DNA from: Auanema rhodensis
Lineage: Eukaryota > Animalia > Nematoda
Direction: 5' to 3'
DNA length: 64,000 nt
Assembly: GCA_964057225.1 (NCBI GenBank)
Contig: OZ059899.1
Location: forward strand, 2,728,001-2,792,000
The stretch's first letter is position 1, and every line of letters starts with the position of its first letter. Shown one piece after another: positions 13,801-29,120 of the stretch. A program made the position numbers and the translations under genes. The notes below the pieces were generated by a model. It did not search any database. It was not told the DNA's origin and was given only the letters and a program-made list of their open reading frames with translations.

Positions 13801-16484
13801 TGTACATGGAAACTCAACATACACTAATGCATCATTTTTCAAACGATCATAACTAATTTTTGTATTAAGCGTTTCTCAATGTAGTATAGTGCATTCGATG
13901 CGGATTTTTAAGCTGCGTCGATCTGTGTTATCAGATTTGCGCTAGCTTAAAAATGCACCGAGATATCAACTGATATAAGTTCACACTTATATCCTCGATT
14001 TTCACCCTGAAGAATTATTTTTTTCGTTGAATAACATTGTTCATCGTCTTTGCCTTGAAAAATGGAATCTAAAAACATCTATTTTTTGCTAAATTATTTT
14101 GAAATTTTTCGAAAAAAGTTTTGTCAAAATGTTTTTGGAAGCAATGTTGAGTGTACATGGAAACTCAACATACACTAATGCATCATTTTTCAAACGATCA
14201 TAACTAATTTTTGTATTAAGCGTTTCTCAATGTAGTATAGTGCATTCGATGCGGATTTTTAAGCTGCGTCGATCTGTGTTATCAGATTTGCGCTAGCTTA
14301 AAAATGCACCGAGATATCAACTGATATAAGTTCACACTTATATCCTCAATTTTCACCCTGAAGAATTAATTTTTTCGTTGAATAACATTGTCCATCGTCT
14401 TTGCCTTGGAAAATGGAATCTAAAAACATCTACTTTTCGCTAAATTATTTTGAAATTTTTCGAAAAAATTTTTGTCAAAATGTTTTTGGAAGCAATGTTG
14501 AGTGTACATGGAAACTCAACATACACTAATGCATCATTTTTCAAACGATCATAACTAATTTTTGTATTAAGCGTTTCTCAATGTAGTATAGTGCATTCGA
14601 TGCGGATTTTTAAGCTGCGTCGATCTGTGTTATCAGATTTGCGCTAGCTTAAAAATGCACCGAGATATCAACTGATATAAGTTCACACTTATATCCTCGA
14701 TTTTCACCCTGAAGAATTAATTTTTTCGTTGAATAACATTGTCTATCGTCTTTGCCTTGAAAAATGGAATCTAAAAACATCTACTTTTTGCTAAATTATT
14801 TTGAAATTTTTCGAAAAAATTTTTGTCAAAATGTTTTTGGAAGCAATGTTGAGTGTACATGGAAACTCAACATACACTAATGCATCATTTTTCAAACGAT
14901 CATAACTAATTTTTGTATTAAGCGTTTCTCAATGTAGTATAGTGCATTCGATGCGGATTTTTAAGCTGCGTCGATCTGTGTTATCAGATTTGCGCTAGCT
15001 TAAAAATGCACCGAGATATCAACTGATATAAGTTCACACTTATATCCTCGATTTTCACCCTGAAGAATTATTTTTTTCGTTGAATAACATTGTTCATCGT
15101 CTTTGCCTTGAAAAATGGAATCTAAAAACATCTATTTTTTGCTAAATTATTTTGAAATTTTTCGAAAAAAGTTTTGTCAAAATGTTTTTGGAAGCAATGT
15201 TGAGTGTACATGGAAACTCAACATACACTAATGCATCATTTTTCAAACGATCATAACTAATTTTTGTATTAAGCGTTTCTCAATGTAGTATAGTGCATTC
15301 GATGCGGATTTTTAAGCTGCGTCGATCTGTGTTATCAGATTTGCGCTAGCTTAAAAATGCACCGAGATATCAACTGATATAAGTTCACACTTATATCCTC
15401 AATTTTCACCCTGAAGAATTAATTTTTTCGTTGAATAACATTGTCCATCGTCTTTGCCTTGGAAAATGGAATCTAAAAACATCTACTTTTCGCTAAATTA
15501 TTTTGAAATTTTTCGAAAAAATTTTTGTCAAAATGTTTTTGGAAGCAATGTTGAGTGTACATGGAAACTCAACATACACTAATGCATCATTTTTCAAACG
15601 ATCATAACTAATTTTTGTATCAAGCGTTTCTCAATGTAGTATAGTGCATTCGATGCGGATTTTTAAGCTGCGTCGATCTGTGTTATCAGATTTGCGCTAG
15701 CTTAAAAATGCACCGAGATATCAACTGATATAAGTTCACACTTATATCCTCGATTTTCACCCTGAAGAATTAATTTTTTCGTTGAATAACATTGTCTATC
15801 GTCTTTGCCTTGAAAAATGGAATCTAAAAACATCTACTTTTTGCTAAATTATTTTGAAATTTTTCGAAAAAATTTTTGTCAAAATGTTTTTGGAAGCAAT
15901 GTTGAGTGTACATGGAAACTCAACATACACTAATGCATCATTTTTCAAACGATCATAACTAATTTTTGTATTAAGCGTTTCTCAATGTAGTATAGTGCAT
16001 TCGATGCGGATTTTTAAGCTGCGTCGATCTGTGTTATCAGATTTGCGCTAGCTTAAAAATGCACCGAGATATCAACTGATATAAGTTCACACTTATATCC
16101 TCGATTTTCACCCTGAAGAATTATTTTTTTCGTTGAATAACATTGTTCATCGTCTTTGCCTTGAAAAATGGAATCTAAAAACATCTATTTTTTGCTAAAT
16201 TATTTTGAAATTTTTCGAAAAAAGTTTTGTCAAAATGTTTTTGGAAGCAATGTTGAGTGTACATGGAAACTCAACATACACTAATGCATCATTTTTCAAA
16301 CGATCATAACTAATTTTTGTATTAAGCGTTTCTCAATGTAGTATAGTGCATTCGATGCGGATTTTTAAGCTGCGTCGATCTGTGTTATCAGATTTGCGCT
16401 AGCTTAAAAATGCACCGAGATATCAACTGATATAAGTTCACACTTATATCCTCGATTTTCACCCTGAAGAATTATTTTTTTCGT
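10869..16484. repeat. 3-monomer higher-order repeat (1053 bp), order ABC ABC A ABC ABC ABC
   Basis: A carries CCTTGGAAAA and TTTTCGCT (10869, 11922, 12975, 13326, 14379, 15432). B carries GTCTAT. C carries GTTCAT, CTATTT and AAAGTTTT (11571, 12624, 14028, 15081, 16134). Confidence 0.9.
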
Positions 16485-19400
16485 TGAATAACATTGTTCA
16501 TCGTCTTTGCCTTGAAAAATGGAATCTAAAAACATCTATTTTTTGCTAAATTATTTTGAAATTTTTCGAAAAAAGTTTTGTCAAAATGTTTTTGGAAGCA
16601 ATGTTGAGTGTACATGGAAACTCAACATACACTAATGCATCATTTTTCAAACGATCATAACTAATTTGTGTATTAAGCGTTTCTCAATGTAGTATAGTGC
16701 ATTCGATGCGGATTTTTAAGCTGCGTCGATCTGTGTTATCAGATTTGCGCTAGCGTAAAAATGCACCGAGATATCAACTGATATAAGTTCACACTTATAT
16801 CCTCGATTTTCACCCTGAAGAATTAATTTTTTCGTTGAATAACATTGTCTATCGTCTTTGCCTTAAAAAATGAAATCTAAAAACATCTACTTTTTGCTAA
16901 ATTATTTTGAAATTTTTCGAAAAAATTTTTGTCAAAATGTTTTTGGAAGCAATGTTGAGTGTACATGGAAACTCAACATACACTAATGCATCATTTTTCA
17001 AACGATCATAACTAATTTTTGTATCGAGCGTTTCTCAATGTAGTATAGTGCATTCTATGCGGATTTTTAAGCTGCGTCGATTTGTGTTATCAGATTTGCG
17101 CTAGCTTAAAAATGCACCGAGATATCAACTGATATAAGTTCACACTTATATCCTCGATTTTCACCCTGAAGAATTAATTTTTTCGTTGAATAACATTGTC
17201 TATCGTCTTTGCCTTGAAAAATGGAATCTAAAAACATCTACTTTTTGCTAAATTATTTTGAAATTTTTCGAAAAAATTTTTGTCAAAATGTTTTTGGAAG
17301 CAATGTTGAGTGTACATGGAAACTCAACATACACTAATGCATCATTTTTCAAACGATCATAACTAATTTTTGTATTAAGCGTTTCTCAATGTAGTATAGT
17401 GCATTCGATGCGGATTTTTAAGCTGCGTCGATCTGTGTTATCAGATTTGCGCTAGCTTAAAAATGCACCGAGATATCAACTGATATAAGTTCACACTTAT
17501 ATCCTCGATTTTCACCCTGAAGAAATAATTTTTTCGTTGAATAACATTGTCTATCGTCTTTGCCTTGAAAAATGGAATCTAAAAACATCTACTTTTTGCT
17601 AAATTATTTTGAAATTGTTCGAAAAAATTTTTGTCAAAATGTTTTTGGAAGCAATGTTGAGTGTACATGGAAACTCAACATACACTAATGCATCATTTTT
17701 CAAACGATCATAACTAATTTTTGTATCAAGCGTTTCTCAATGTAGTATAGTGCATTCGATGCGGATTTTTAAGCTGCGTCGATCTGTGTTATCAGATTTG
17801 CGCTAGCTTAAAAATGCACCGAGATATCAACTGATATAAGTTCACACTTATATCCTCAATTTTCACCCTGAAGAATTAATTTTTTCGTTGAATAACATTG
17901 TCCATCGTCTTTGCCTTGGAAAATGGAATCTAAAAACATCTACTTTTCGCTAAATTATTTTGAAATTTTTCGAAAAAATTTTTGTCAAAATGTTTTTGGA
18001 AGCAATGTTGAGTGTACATGGAAACTCAACATACACTAATGCATCATTTTTCAAACGATCATAACTAATTTTTGTATCAAGCGTTTTTCAATGTAGTAAA
18101 GTGCATTCGATGCGGATTTTTAAGCTGCGTCGATCTGTGTTATCAGATTTGCGCTAGCTTAAAAATGCACCGAGATATCAACTGATATAAGTTCACACTT
18201 ATATCCTCGATTTTCACCCTGAAGAATTAATTTTTTCGTTGAATAACATTGTCCATCGTCTTTGCCTTGAAAAAAGGAATCTAAAAACATCTACTTTTTG
18301 CTAAATTATTTTGAAATTTTTCGAAAAAATTTTTGTCAAAATGTTTTTGGAAGCAATGTTGAGTGTACATGGAAACTCAACATACACTAATGCATCATTT
18401 TTCAAACGATCATAACTAATTTTTGTATTAAGCGTTTCTCAATGTAGTAGAGTGCATTCGATGCGGATTTTTAAGCTGCGTCGATCTGTGTTATCAGATT
18501 TGCGCTAGCTTAAAAATGCACCGAGATATCAACTGATATAAGTTCACACTTATATCCTCGATTTTCAACCTGAAGAATTAATTTTTTCGTTGAATAACAT
18601 TGTCCATCGTCTTTGCCTTGAAAAATGGAATCTAAAAACATCTACTTTTCGCTAAATTATTTTGAAATTTTTCGAAAAAATTTTTGTCAAAATGTTTTTG
18701 GAAGCAATGTTGAGTGTACATGGAAACTCAACATACACTAATGCATCATTTTTCAAACGATCATAACTAATTTTTGTATTAAGCGTTTCTCAATGTAGTA
18801 TAGTGCATTCGATGCGGATTTTTAAGCTGCGTCGATCTGTGTTATCAGATTTGCGCTAGCTTAAAAATGCACCGAGATATCAACTGATATAAGTTCACAC
18901 TTATATCCTCGATTTTCACCCTGAAGAATTAATTTTTTCGTTGAATAACATTGTCCATCGTCTTTGCCTCGGAAAAAGGAATCTAAAAACATCTACTTTT
19001 TGCTAAATTATTTTGAAATTTTTCGAAAAAATTTTTGTCAAAATGTTTTTGGAAGCAATGTTGAGTGTACATGGAAACTCAACATACACTAATGCATCAT
19101 TTTTAAAACGATCATAACTAATTTTTGTATTAAGCGTTTCTCAATGTAGTATAGTGCATTCGATGCGGATTTTTAAGCTGCGTCGATCTGTGTTATCAGA
19201 TTTGCGCTAGCTTAAAAATGCACCAAGATATCAACTGATATAAGTTCACACTTATATCCTCGAGTTTCACCCTGAAGAATTATTTTTTTCGTTGAATAAC
19301 ATTGTTCATCGTCTTTGCCTTGAAAAATGGAATCTAAAAACATCTATTTTTTGCTAAATTATTTTGAAATTTTTCGAAAAAAGTTTTGTCAAAATGTTTT

Positions 19401-22400
19401 TGGAAGCAATGTTGAGTGTACATGGAAACTCAACATACACTAATGCATCATTTTTCAAACGATCATAACTAATTTTTGTATTAAGCGTTTCTCAATGTAG
19501 TATAGTGCATTCGATGCGGATTTTTAAGCTGCGTCGATCTGTGTTATCAGATTTGCGCTAGCTTAAAAATGCACCGAGATATCAACTGATATAAGTTCAC
19601 ACTTATATCCTCGATTTTCACCCTGAAGAATTAATTTTTTCGTTGAATAACATTGTCTATCGTCTTTGCCTTAAAAAATGAAATCTAAAAACATCTACTT
19701 TTTGCTAAATTATTTTGAAATTTTTCGAAAAAATTTTTGTCAAAATGTTTTTGGAAGCAATGTTGAGTGTACATGGAAACTCAACATACACTAATGCATC
19801 ATTTTTCAAACGATCATAACTAATTTTTGTATCAAGCGTTTCTCAATGTAGTATAGTGCATTCTATGCGGATTTTTAAGCTGCGTCGATTTGTGTTATCA
19901 GATTTGCGCTAGCTTAAAAATGCACCGAGATATCAACTGATATAAGTTCACACTTATATCCTCGATTTTCACCCTGAAGAATTAATTTTTTCGTTGAATA
20001 ACATTGTCTATCGTCTTTGCCTTGAAAAATGGAATCTAAAAACATCTACTTTTTGCTAAATTATTTTGAAATTTTTCGAAAAAATTTTTGTCAAAATGTT
20101 TTTGGAAGCAATGTTGAGTGTACATGGAAACTCAACATACACTAATGCATCATTTTTCAAACGATCATAACTAATTTTTGTATTAAGCGTTTCTCAATGT
20201 AGTATAGTGCATTCGATGCGGATTTTTAAGCTGCGTCGATCTGTGTTATCAGATTTGCGCTAGCTTAAAAATGCACCGAGATATCAACTGATATAAGTTC
20301 ACACTTATATCCTCGATTTTCACCCTGAAGAATTAATTTTTTCGTTGAATAACATTGTCCATCGTCTTTGCCTTGAAAAATGGAATCTAAAAACATCTAC
20401 TTTTTGCTAAATTATTTTGAAATTTTTCGAAAAAATTTTTGTCAAAATGTTTTTGGAAGCAATGTTGAGTGTACATGGAAACTCAACATACACTAATGCA
20501 TCATTTTTCAAACGATCATAACTAATTTTTGTATCAAGCGTTTTTCAATGTAGTATAGTGCATTCGATGCGGATTTTTAAGCTGCGTCGATCTGTGTTAT
20601 CAGATTTGCGCTAGCTTAAAAATGCACCGAGATATCAACTGATATAAGTTCACACTTATATCCTCGATTTTCACCCTGAAGAATTAATTTTTTCGTTGAA
20701 TAACATTGTCTATCGTCTTTGCCTTGAAAAATGGAATCTAAAAACATCTACTTTTTGCTAAATTATTTTGAAATTTTTCGAAAAAATTTTTGTCAAAATG
20801 TTTTTGGAAGCAATGTTGAGTGTACATGGAAACTCAACATACACTAATGCATCATTTTTCAAACGATCATAACTAATTTTTGTATTAAGCGTTTCTCAAT
20901 GTAGTATAGTGCATTCGATGCGGATTTTTAAGCTGCGTCGATCTGTGTTATCAGATTTGCGCTAGCTTAAAAATGCACCGAGATATCAACTGATATAAGT
21001 TCACACTTATATCCTCGATTTTCAACCTGAAGAATTAATTTTTTCGTTGAATAACATTGTCCATCGTCTTTGCCTTGAAAAAAGGAATCTAAAAACATCT
21101 ACTTTTTGCTAAATTATTTTGAAATTTTTCGAAAAAATTTTTGTCAAAATGTTTTTGGAAGCAATGTTGAGTGTACATGGAAACTCAACATACACTAATG
21201 CATCATTTTTCAAACGATCATAACTAATTTTGGTATTAAGCGTTTCTCAATGTAGTATAGTGCATTCGATGCGGATTTTTAAGCTGCGTCGATCTGTGTT
21301 ATCAGAATTGCGCTAGCTTAAAAATGCACCGAGATATCAACTGATATAAGTTCACACTTATATCCTCGATTTTCACCCTGAAGAATTATTTTTTTCGTTG
21401 AATAACATTGTTCATCGTCTTTGCCTTGAAAAATGGAATCTAAAAACATCTATTTTTTGCTAAATTATTTTGAAATTTTTCGAAAAAAGTTTTGTCAAAA
21501 TGTTTTTGGAAGCAATGTTGAGTGTACATGGAAACTCAACATACACCAATGCATCATTTTTCAAACGATCATAACTAATTTGTGTATTAAGCGTTTCTCA
21601 ATGTAGTATAGTGCATTCGATGCGGATTTTTAAGCTGCGTCGATCTGTGTTATCAGATTTGCGCTAGCTTAAAAATGCACCGAGATATCAACTGATATAA
21701 GTTCACACTTATATCCTCGATTTTCACCCTGAAGAATTAATTTTTTCGTTGAATAACATTGTCTATCGTCTTTGCCTTAAAAAATGAAATCTAAAAACAT
21801 CTACTTTTTGCTAAATTATTTTGAAATTTTTCGAAAAAATTTTTGTCAAAATGTTTTTGGAAGCAATGTTGAGTGTACATGGAAACTCAACATACACTAA
21901 TGCATCATTTTTCAAACGATCATAACTAATTTTTGTATCAAGCGTTTCTCAATGTAGTATAGTGCATTCTATGCGGATTTTTAAGCTGCGTCGATTTGTG
22001 TTATCAGATTTGCGCTAGCTTAAAAATGCACCGAGATATCAACTGATATAAGTTCACACTTATATCCTCGATTTTCACCCTGAAGAATTAATTTTTTCGT
22101 TGAATAACATTGTCTATCGTCTTTGCCTTGAAAAATGGAATCTAAAAACATCTACTTTTTGCTAAATTATTTTGAAATTTTTCGAAAAAATTTTTGTCAA
22201 AATGTTTTTGGAAGCAATGTTGAGTGTACATGGAAACTCAACATACACTAATGCATCATTTTTCAAACGATCATAACTAATTTTTGTATTAAGCGTTTCT
22301 CAATGTAGTATAGTGCATTCGATGCGGATTTTTAAGCTGCGTCGATCTGTGTTATCAGATTTGCGCTAGCTTAAAAATGCACCGAGATATCAACTGATAT

Positions 22401-25400
22401 AAGTTCACACTTATATCCTCGATTTTCACCCTGAAGAATTAATTTTTTCGTTGAATAACATTGTCCATCGTCTTTGCCTTGAAAAATGGAATCTAAAAAC
22501 ATCTACTTTTTGCTAAATTATTTTGAAATTTTTCGAAAAAAGTTTTGTCAAAATGTTTTTGGAAGCAATGTTGAGTGTACATGGAAACTCAACATACACC
22601 AATGCATCATTTTTCAAACGATCATAACTAATTTGTGTATTAAGCGTTTCTCAATGTAGTATAGTGCATTCGATGCGGATTTTTAAGCTGCGTCGATCTG
22701 TGTTATCAGATTTGCGCTAGCTTAAAAATGCACCGAGATATCAACTGATATAAGTTCACACTTATATCCTCGATTTTCACCCTGAAGAATTAATTTTTTC
22801 GTTGAATAACATTGTCTATCGTCTTTGCCTTAAAAAATGAAATCTAAAAACATCTACTTTTTGCTAAATTATTTTGAAATTTTTCGAAAAAAGTTTTGTC
22901 AAAATGTTTTTGGAAGCAATGTTGAGTGTACATGGAAACTCAACATACACCAATGCATCATTTTTCAAACGATCATAACTAATTTTTGTATTAAGCGTTT
23001 CTCAATGTAGTATAGTGCATTCGATGCGGATTTTTAAGCTGCGTCGATCTGTGTTATCAGATTTGCGCTAGCTTAAAAATGCACCGAGATATCAACTGAT
23101 ATAAGTTCACACTTATATCCTCGATTTTCACCCTGAAGAATTATTTTTTTCGTTGAATAACATTGTTCATCGTCTTTGCCTTGAAAAATGGAATCTAAAA
23201 ACATCTATTTTTTGCTAAATTATTTTGAAATTTTTCGAAAAAAGTTTTGTCAAAATGTTTTTGGAAGCAATGTTGAGTGTACATGGAAACTCAACATACA
23301 CCAATGCATCATTTTTCAAACGATCATAACTAATTTGTGTATTAAGCGTTTCTCAATGTAGTATAGTGCATTCGATGCGGATTTTTAAGCTGCGTCGATC
23401 TGTGTTATCAGATTTGCGCTAGCTTAAAAATGCACCGAGATATCAACTGATATAAGTTCACACTTATATCCTCGATTTTCACCCTGAAGAATTAATTTTT
23501 TCGTTGAATAACATTGTCTATCGTCTTTGCCTTAAAAAATGAAATCTAAAAACATCTACTTTTTGCTAAATTATTTTGAAATTTTTCGAAAAAATTTTTG
23601 TCAAAATGTTTTTGGAAGCAATGTTGAGTGTACATGGAAACTCAACATACACTAATGCATCATTTTTCAAACGATCATAACTAATTTTTGTATCAAGCGT
23701 TTCTCAATGTAGTATAGTGCATTCTATGCGGATTTTTAAGCTGCGTCGATTTGTGTTATCAGATTTGCGCTAGCTTAAAAATGCACCGAGATATCAACTG
23801 ATATAAGTTCACACTTATATCCTCGATTTTCACCCTGAAGAATTAATTTTTTCGTTGAATAACATTGTCTATCGTCTTTGCCTTGAAAAATGGAATCTAA
23901 AAACATCTACTTTTTGCTAAATTATTTTGAAATTTTTCGAAAAAATTTTTGTCAAAATGTTTTTGGAAGCAATGTTGAGTGTACATGGAAACTCAACATA
24001 CACTAATGCATCATTTTTCAAACGATCATAACTAATTTTTGTATTAAGCGTTTCTCAATGTAGTATAGTGCATTCGATGCGGATTTTTAAGCTGCGTCGA
24101 TCTGTGTTATCAGATTTGCGCTAGCTTAAAAATGCACCGAGATATCAACTGATATAAGTTCACACTTATATCCTCGATTTTCACCCTGAAGAATTAATTT
24201 TTTCGTTGAATAACATTGTCCATCGTCTTTGCCTTGAAAAATGGAATCTAAAAACATCTACTTTTTGCTAAATTATTTTGAAATTTTTCGAAAAAATTTT
24301 TGTCAAAATGTTTTTGGAAGCAATGTTGAGTGTACATGGAAACTCAACATACACTAATGCATCATTTTTCAAACGATCATAACTAATTTTTGTATCAAGC
24401 GTTTTTCAATGTAGTATAGTGCATTCGATGCGGATTTTTAAGCTGCGTCGATCTGTGTTATCAGATTTGCGCTAGCTTAAAAATGCACCGAGATATCAAC
24501 TGATATAAGTTCACACTTATATCCTCGATTTTCACCCTGAAGAATTAATTTTTTCGTTGAATAACATTGTCTATCGTCTTTGCCTTGAAAAATGGAATCT
24601 AAAAACATCTACTTTTTGCTAAATTATTTTGAAATTTTTCGAAAAAATTTTTGTCAAAATGTTTTTGGAAGCAATGTTGAGTGTACATGGAAACTCAACA
24701 TACACTAATGCATCATTTTTCAAACGATCATAACTAATTTTTGTATTAAGCGTTTCTCAATGTAGTATAGTGCATTCGATGCGGATTTTTAAGCTGCGTC
24801 GATCTGTGTTATCAGATTTGCGCTAGCTTAAAAATGCACCGAGATATCAACTGATATAAGTTCACACTTATATCCTCGATTTTCAACCTGAAGAATTAAT
24901 TTTTTCGTTGAATAACATTGTCCATCGTCTTTGCCTTGAAAAAAGGAATCTAAAAACATTTACTTTTTGCTAAATTATTTTGAAATTTTTCGAAAAAATT
25001 TTTGTCAAAATGTTTTTGGAAGCAATGTTGAGTGTACATGGAAACTCAACATACACTAATGCATCATTTTTCAAACGATCATAACTAATTTTTGTATTAA
25101 GCGTTTCTCAATGTAGTATAGTGCATTCGATGCGGATTTTTAAGCTGCGTCGATCTGTGTTATCAGATTTGCGCTAGCTTAAAAATGCACCGAGATATCA
25201 ACTGATATAAGTTCACACTTATATCCTCGATTTTCACCCTGAAGAATTAATTTTTTCGTTGAATAACATTGTCTATCGTCTTTGCCTTGAAAAATGGAAT
25301 CTAAAAACATCTACTTTTTGCTAAATTATTTTGAAATTTTTCGAAAAAATTTTTGTCAAAATGTTTTTGGAAGCAATGTTGAGTGTACATGGAAACTCAA

Positions 25401-28400
25401 CATACACTAACGCATCATTTTTCAAACGATCATAACTAATTTTTGTATCGAGCGTTTCTCAATGTAGTATAGTGCATTCTATGCGGATTTTTAAGCTGCG
25501 TCGATCTGTGTTATCAGATTTGCGCTAGCTTAAAAATGCACCGAGATATCAACTGATATAAGTTCACACTTATATCCTCGATTTTCACCCTGAAGAATTA
25601 ATTTTTTCGTTGAATAACATTGTCTATCGTCTTTGCCTTAAAAAATGAAATCTAAAAACATCTACTTTTTGCTAAATTATTTTGAAATTTTTCGAAAAAA
25701 TTTTTGTCAAAATGTTTTTGGAAGCAATGTTGAGTGTACATGGAAACTCAACATACACTAATGCATCATTTTTCAAACGATCATAACTAATTTTTGTATC
25801 AAGCGTTTCTCAATGTAGTATAGTGCATTCTATGCGGATTTTTAAGCTGCGTCGATTTGTGTTATCAGATTTGCGCTAGCTTAAAAATGCACCGAGATAT
25901 CAACTGATATAAGTTCACACTTATATCCTCGATTTTCACCCTGAAGAATTAATTTTTTCGTTGAATAACATTGTCTATCGTCTTTGCCTTGAAAAATGGA
26001 ATCTAAAAACATCTACTTTTTGCTAAATTATTTTGAAATTTTTCGAAAAAATTTTTGTCAAAATGTTTTTGGAAGCAATGTTGAGTGTACATGGAAACTC
26101 AACATACACTAATGCATCATTTTTCAAACGATCATAACTAATTTTTGTATTAAGCGTTTCTCAATGTAGTATAGTGCATTCGATGCGGATTTTTAAGCTG
26201 CGTCGATCTGTGTTATCAGATTTGCGCTAGCTTAAAAATGCACCGAGATATCAACTGATATAAGTTCACACTTATATCCTCGATTTTCACCCTGAAGAAT
26301 TAATTTTTTCGTTGAATAACATTGTCCATCGTCTTTGCCTTGAAAAATGGAATCTAAAAACATCTACTTTTTGCTAAATTATTTTGAAATTTTTCGAAAA
26401 AATTTTTGTCAAAATGTTTTTGGAAGCAATGTTGAGTGTACATGGAAACTCAACATACACTAATGCATCATTTTTCAAACGATCATAACTAATTTTTGTA
26501 TCAAGCGTTTTTCAATGTAGTATAGTGCATTCGATGCGGATTTTTAAGCTGCGTCGATCTGTGTTATCAGATTTGCGCTAGCTTAAAAATGCACCGAGAT
26601 ATCAACTGATATAAGTTCACACTTATATCCTCGATTTTCACCCTGAAGAATTAATTTTTTCGTTGAATAACATTGTCTATCGTCTTTGCCTTGAAAAATG
26701 GAATCTAAAAACATCTACTTTTTGCTAAATTATTTTGAAATTTTTCGAAAAAATTTTTGTCAAAATGTTTTTGGAAGCAATGTTGAGTGTACATGGAAAC
26801 TCAACATACACTAATGCATCATTTTTCAAACGATCATAACTAATTTTTGTATCAAGCGTTTCTCAATGTAGTATAGTGCATTCTATGCGGATTTTTAAGC
26901 TGCGTCGATTTGTGTTATCAGATTTGCGCTAGCTTAAAAATGCACCGAGATATCAACTGATATAAGTTCACACTTATATCCTCGATTTTCACCCTGAAGA
27001 ATTAATTTTTTCGTTGAATAACATTGTCTATCGTCTTTGCCTTGAAAAATGGAATCTAAAAACATCTACTTTTTGCTAAATTATTTTGAAATTTTTCGAA
27101 AAAATTTTTGTCAAAATGTTTTTGGAAGCAATGTTGAGTGTACATGGAAACTCAACATACACTAATGCATCATTTTTCAAACGATCATAACTAATTTTTG
27201 TATTAAGCGTTTCTCAATGTAGTATAGTGCATTCTATGCGGATTTTTAAGCTGCGTCGATTTGTGTTATCAGATTTGCGCTAGCTTAAAAATGCACCGAG
27301 ATATCAACTGATATAAGTTCACACTTATATCCTCGATTTTCACCCTGAAGAATTAATTTTTTCGTTGAATAACATTGTCTATCGTCTTTGCCTTGAAAAA
27401 TGGAATCTAAAAACATCTACTTTTTGCTAAATTATTTTGAAATTTTTCGAAAAAATTTTTGTCAAAATGTTTTTGGAAGCAATGTTGAGTGTACATGGAA
27501 ACTCAACATACACTAATGCATCATTTTTCAAACGATCATAACTAATTTTTGTATTAAGCGTTTCTCAATGTAGTATAGTGCATTCGATGCGGATTTTTAA
27601 GCTGCGTCGATCTGTGTTATCAGATTTGCGCTAGCTTAAAAATGCACCGAGATATCAACTGATATAAGTTCACACTTATATCCTCGATTTTCACCCTGAA
27701 GAATTAATTTTTTCGTTGAATAACATTGTCCATCGTCTTTGCCTTGAAAAATGGAATCTAAAAACATCTACTTTTTGCTAAATTATTTTGAAATTTTTCG
27801 AAAAAATTTTTGTCAAAATGTTTTTGGAAGCAATGTTGAGTGTACATGGAAACTCAACATACACTAATGCATCATTTTTCAAACGATCATAACTAATTTT
27901 TGTATCAAGCGTTTTTCAATGTAGTATAGTGCATTCGATGCGGATTTTTAAGCTGCGTCGATCTGTGTTATCAGATTTGCGCTAGCTTAAAAATGCACCG
28001 AGATATCAACTGATATAAGTTCACACTTATATCCTCGATTTTCACCCTGAAGAATTAATTTTTTCGTTGAATAACATTGTCTATCGTCTTTGCCTTGAAA
28101 AATGGAATCTAAAAACATCTACTTTTTGCTAAATTATTTTGAAATTTTTCGAAAAAATTTTTGTCAAAATGTTTTTGGAAGCAATGTTGAGTGTACATGG
28201 AAACTCAACATACACTAATGCATCATTTTTCAAACGATCATAACTAATTTTTGTATTAAGCGTTTCTCAATGTAGTATAGTGCATTCGATGCGGATTTTT
28301 AAGCTGCGTCGATCTGTGTTATCAGATTTGCGCTAGCTTAAAAATGCACCGAGATATCAACTGATATAAGTTCACACTTATATCCTCGATTTTCAACCTG

Positions 28401-29120
28401 AAGAATTAATTTTTTCGTTGAATAACATTGTCCATCGTCTTTGCCTTGAAAAAAGGAATCTAAAAACATTTACTTTTTGCTAAATTATTTTGAAATTTTT
28501 CGAAAAAATTTTTGTCAAAATGTTTTTGGAAGCAATGTTGAGTGTACATGGAAACTCAACATACACTAATGCATCATTTTTCAAACGATCATAACTAATT
28601 TTTGTATTAAGCGTTTCTCAATGTAGTATAGTGCATTCGATGCGGATTTTTAAGCTGCGTCGATCTGTGTTATCAGATTTGCGCTAGCTTAAAAATGCAC
28701 CGAGATATCAACTGATATAAGTTCACACTTATATCCTCGATTTTCACCCTGAAGAATTAATTTTTTCGTTGAATAACATTGTCTATCGTCTTTGCCTTGA
28801 AAAATGGAATCTAAAAACATCTACTTTTTGCTAAATTATTTTGAAATTTTTCGAAAAAATTTTTGTCAAAATGTTTTTGGAAGCAATGTTGAGTGTACAT
28901 GGAAACTCAACATACACTAATGCATCATTTTTCAAACGATCATAACTAATTTTTGTATCGAGCGTTTCTCAATGTAGTATAGTGCATTCTATGCGGATTT
29001 TTAAGCTGCGTCGATTTGTGTTATCAGATTTGCGCTAGCTTAAAAATGCACCGAGATATCAACTGATATAAGTTCACACTTATATCCTCGATTTTCACCC
29101 TGAAGAATTAATTTTTTCGT

